This document shows positions 63,365-64,000 of a DNA stretch of 64,000 bases, in pieces. The stretch lies in contig OX337230.1 of NCBI GenBank assembly GCA_946965045.2, positions 124,001 to 188,000 on the forward strand. The letters are read 5' to 3'. A program made the position numbers and the translations under genes. The stretch comes from Epithemia pelagica (lineage: Eukaryota > Protista > Bacillariophyta). Each line of letters opens with the position of its first letter. Position 1 is the first letter of the stretch. The notes under the pieces were generated by a model. It saw only the letters and a program-made list of their open reading frames with translations, had not been told where the DNA came from and made no database searches.

Positions 63365-64000
63365 AACTGGATGATTCTCTCCCTCTTCCTTGATCTCTCT
63401 CCTCGATTCCACCATTCTCTTTTTTTTTGCAATGCTACGTCTCTCCGGGTCTACCTTTTTTGCATTTCATTCTTCTGTTTTTCGAAACCAATGCTCCAAT
63501 CCATTGGTGCTTTTCCTATTCCTTTTTTTGCCATCCACTTGGGTACTTTTGATCCTTCACACACTTCTCTTGTTGCTACTGCCAACAAGACCCTCCCCAA
63601 TTTTCACATTCTTCAATTTTTCCTCGCAACTTTTTTAACAATTTACTATTTCTTTGTCCATGACTCCATGTTTTCTGCTCGCTCTTTACCGAGTTCTAGA
63701 TTGCCGTGCAACGTGTTGTCTGCCCAACTAGGTAGGAGTACCTAAGAGTGCTACTCCTAGTTAACCCATGCTTGGTGGGACATAGCATCGGTAGTATCGA
63801 TGAAGTCCGTGGGGGCGTAGAAGTCCGTCCGCCGCATGGCATGCAGAGGGCTATAGTATTATCTGTCCCCCAAGATCGAAACACTGCTCAGCTGAATAAA
63901 ACAATTGCCCTCACAAAGATTTTCACGTGAAATAAGAAGTAAGTGGACTTGAAAGGTGAAATGATAGTCGCCCCTGTCGGATGCGTACATGTCTTGCCCC

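Noticed and set aside
1-64000. CRISPR arrays, rRNA, tRNA or other structured RNA genes
   Set aside because: No regularly spaced repeat-spacer array or cloverleaf seen; PBS sites match tRNA only over 10-14 nt.

Overview
Eukaryotic nuclear DNA that looks like a diatom (inferred from short GT-AG introns, Copia gag/pol of the type typical of diatoms, a diatom-type receptor cyclase, and poly-N/Q/T tracts). About 38% of the window (24.3 kb) is retroelement: three unrelated Ty1/Copia LTR elements and one 5'-truncated non-LTR element (APE-RT-RNase H). Copia-1 runs off the left edge. Copia-2 (28940-38092) splits a GT61 glycosyltransferase gene. Copia-3 (42382-48774) has identical LTRs and sits upstream of glycerol kinase. 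Host genes: three tandem kelch-repeat genes, a RAD7-like LRR protein, a catalytically degenerate adenylate/guanylate cyclase, GT61, glycerol kinase, RPB7, a multi-pass membrane protein, a large IQ-repeat protein, a candidate PP1-docking protein and a possible tubby/LURP-like protein. The strongest novelty candidate is Gag-Pol expression. In Copia-3, gag and pol share one frame and are separated by a single UGA in the readthrough context UGA-CUAG, followed by a predicted stem-loop. Copia-1 independently shows gag-UGA-pol in one frame. All three Copia elements place a hydrophobic segment just before the protease, and in Copia-2 it lies within a ~900-aa Gag-protease insert. Other oddities are a non-LTR element ending in oligo-T on its sense strand and non-canonical LTR termini in Copia-2. 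All calls come from manual reading; no searches or folding were run.
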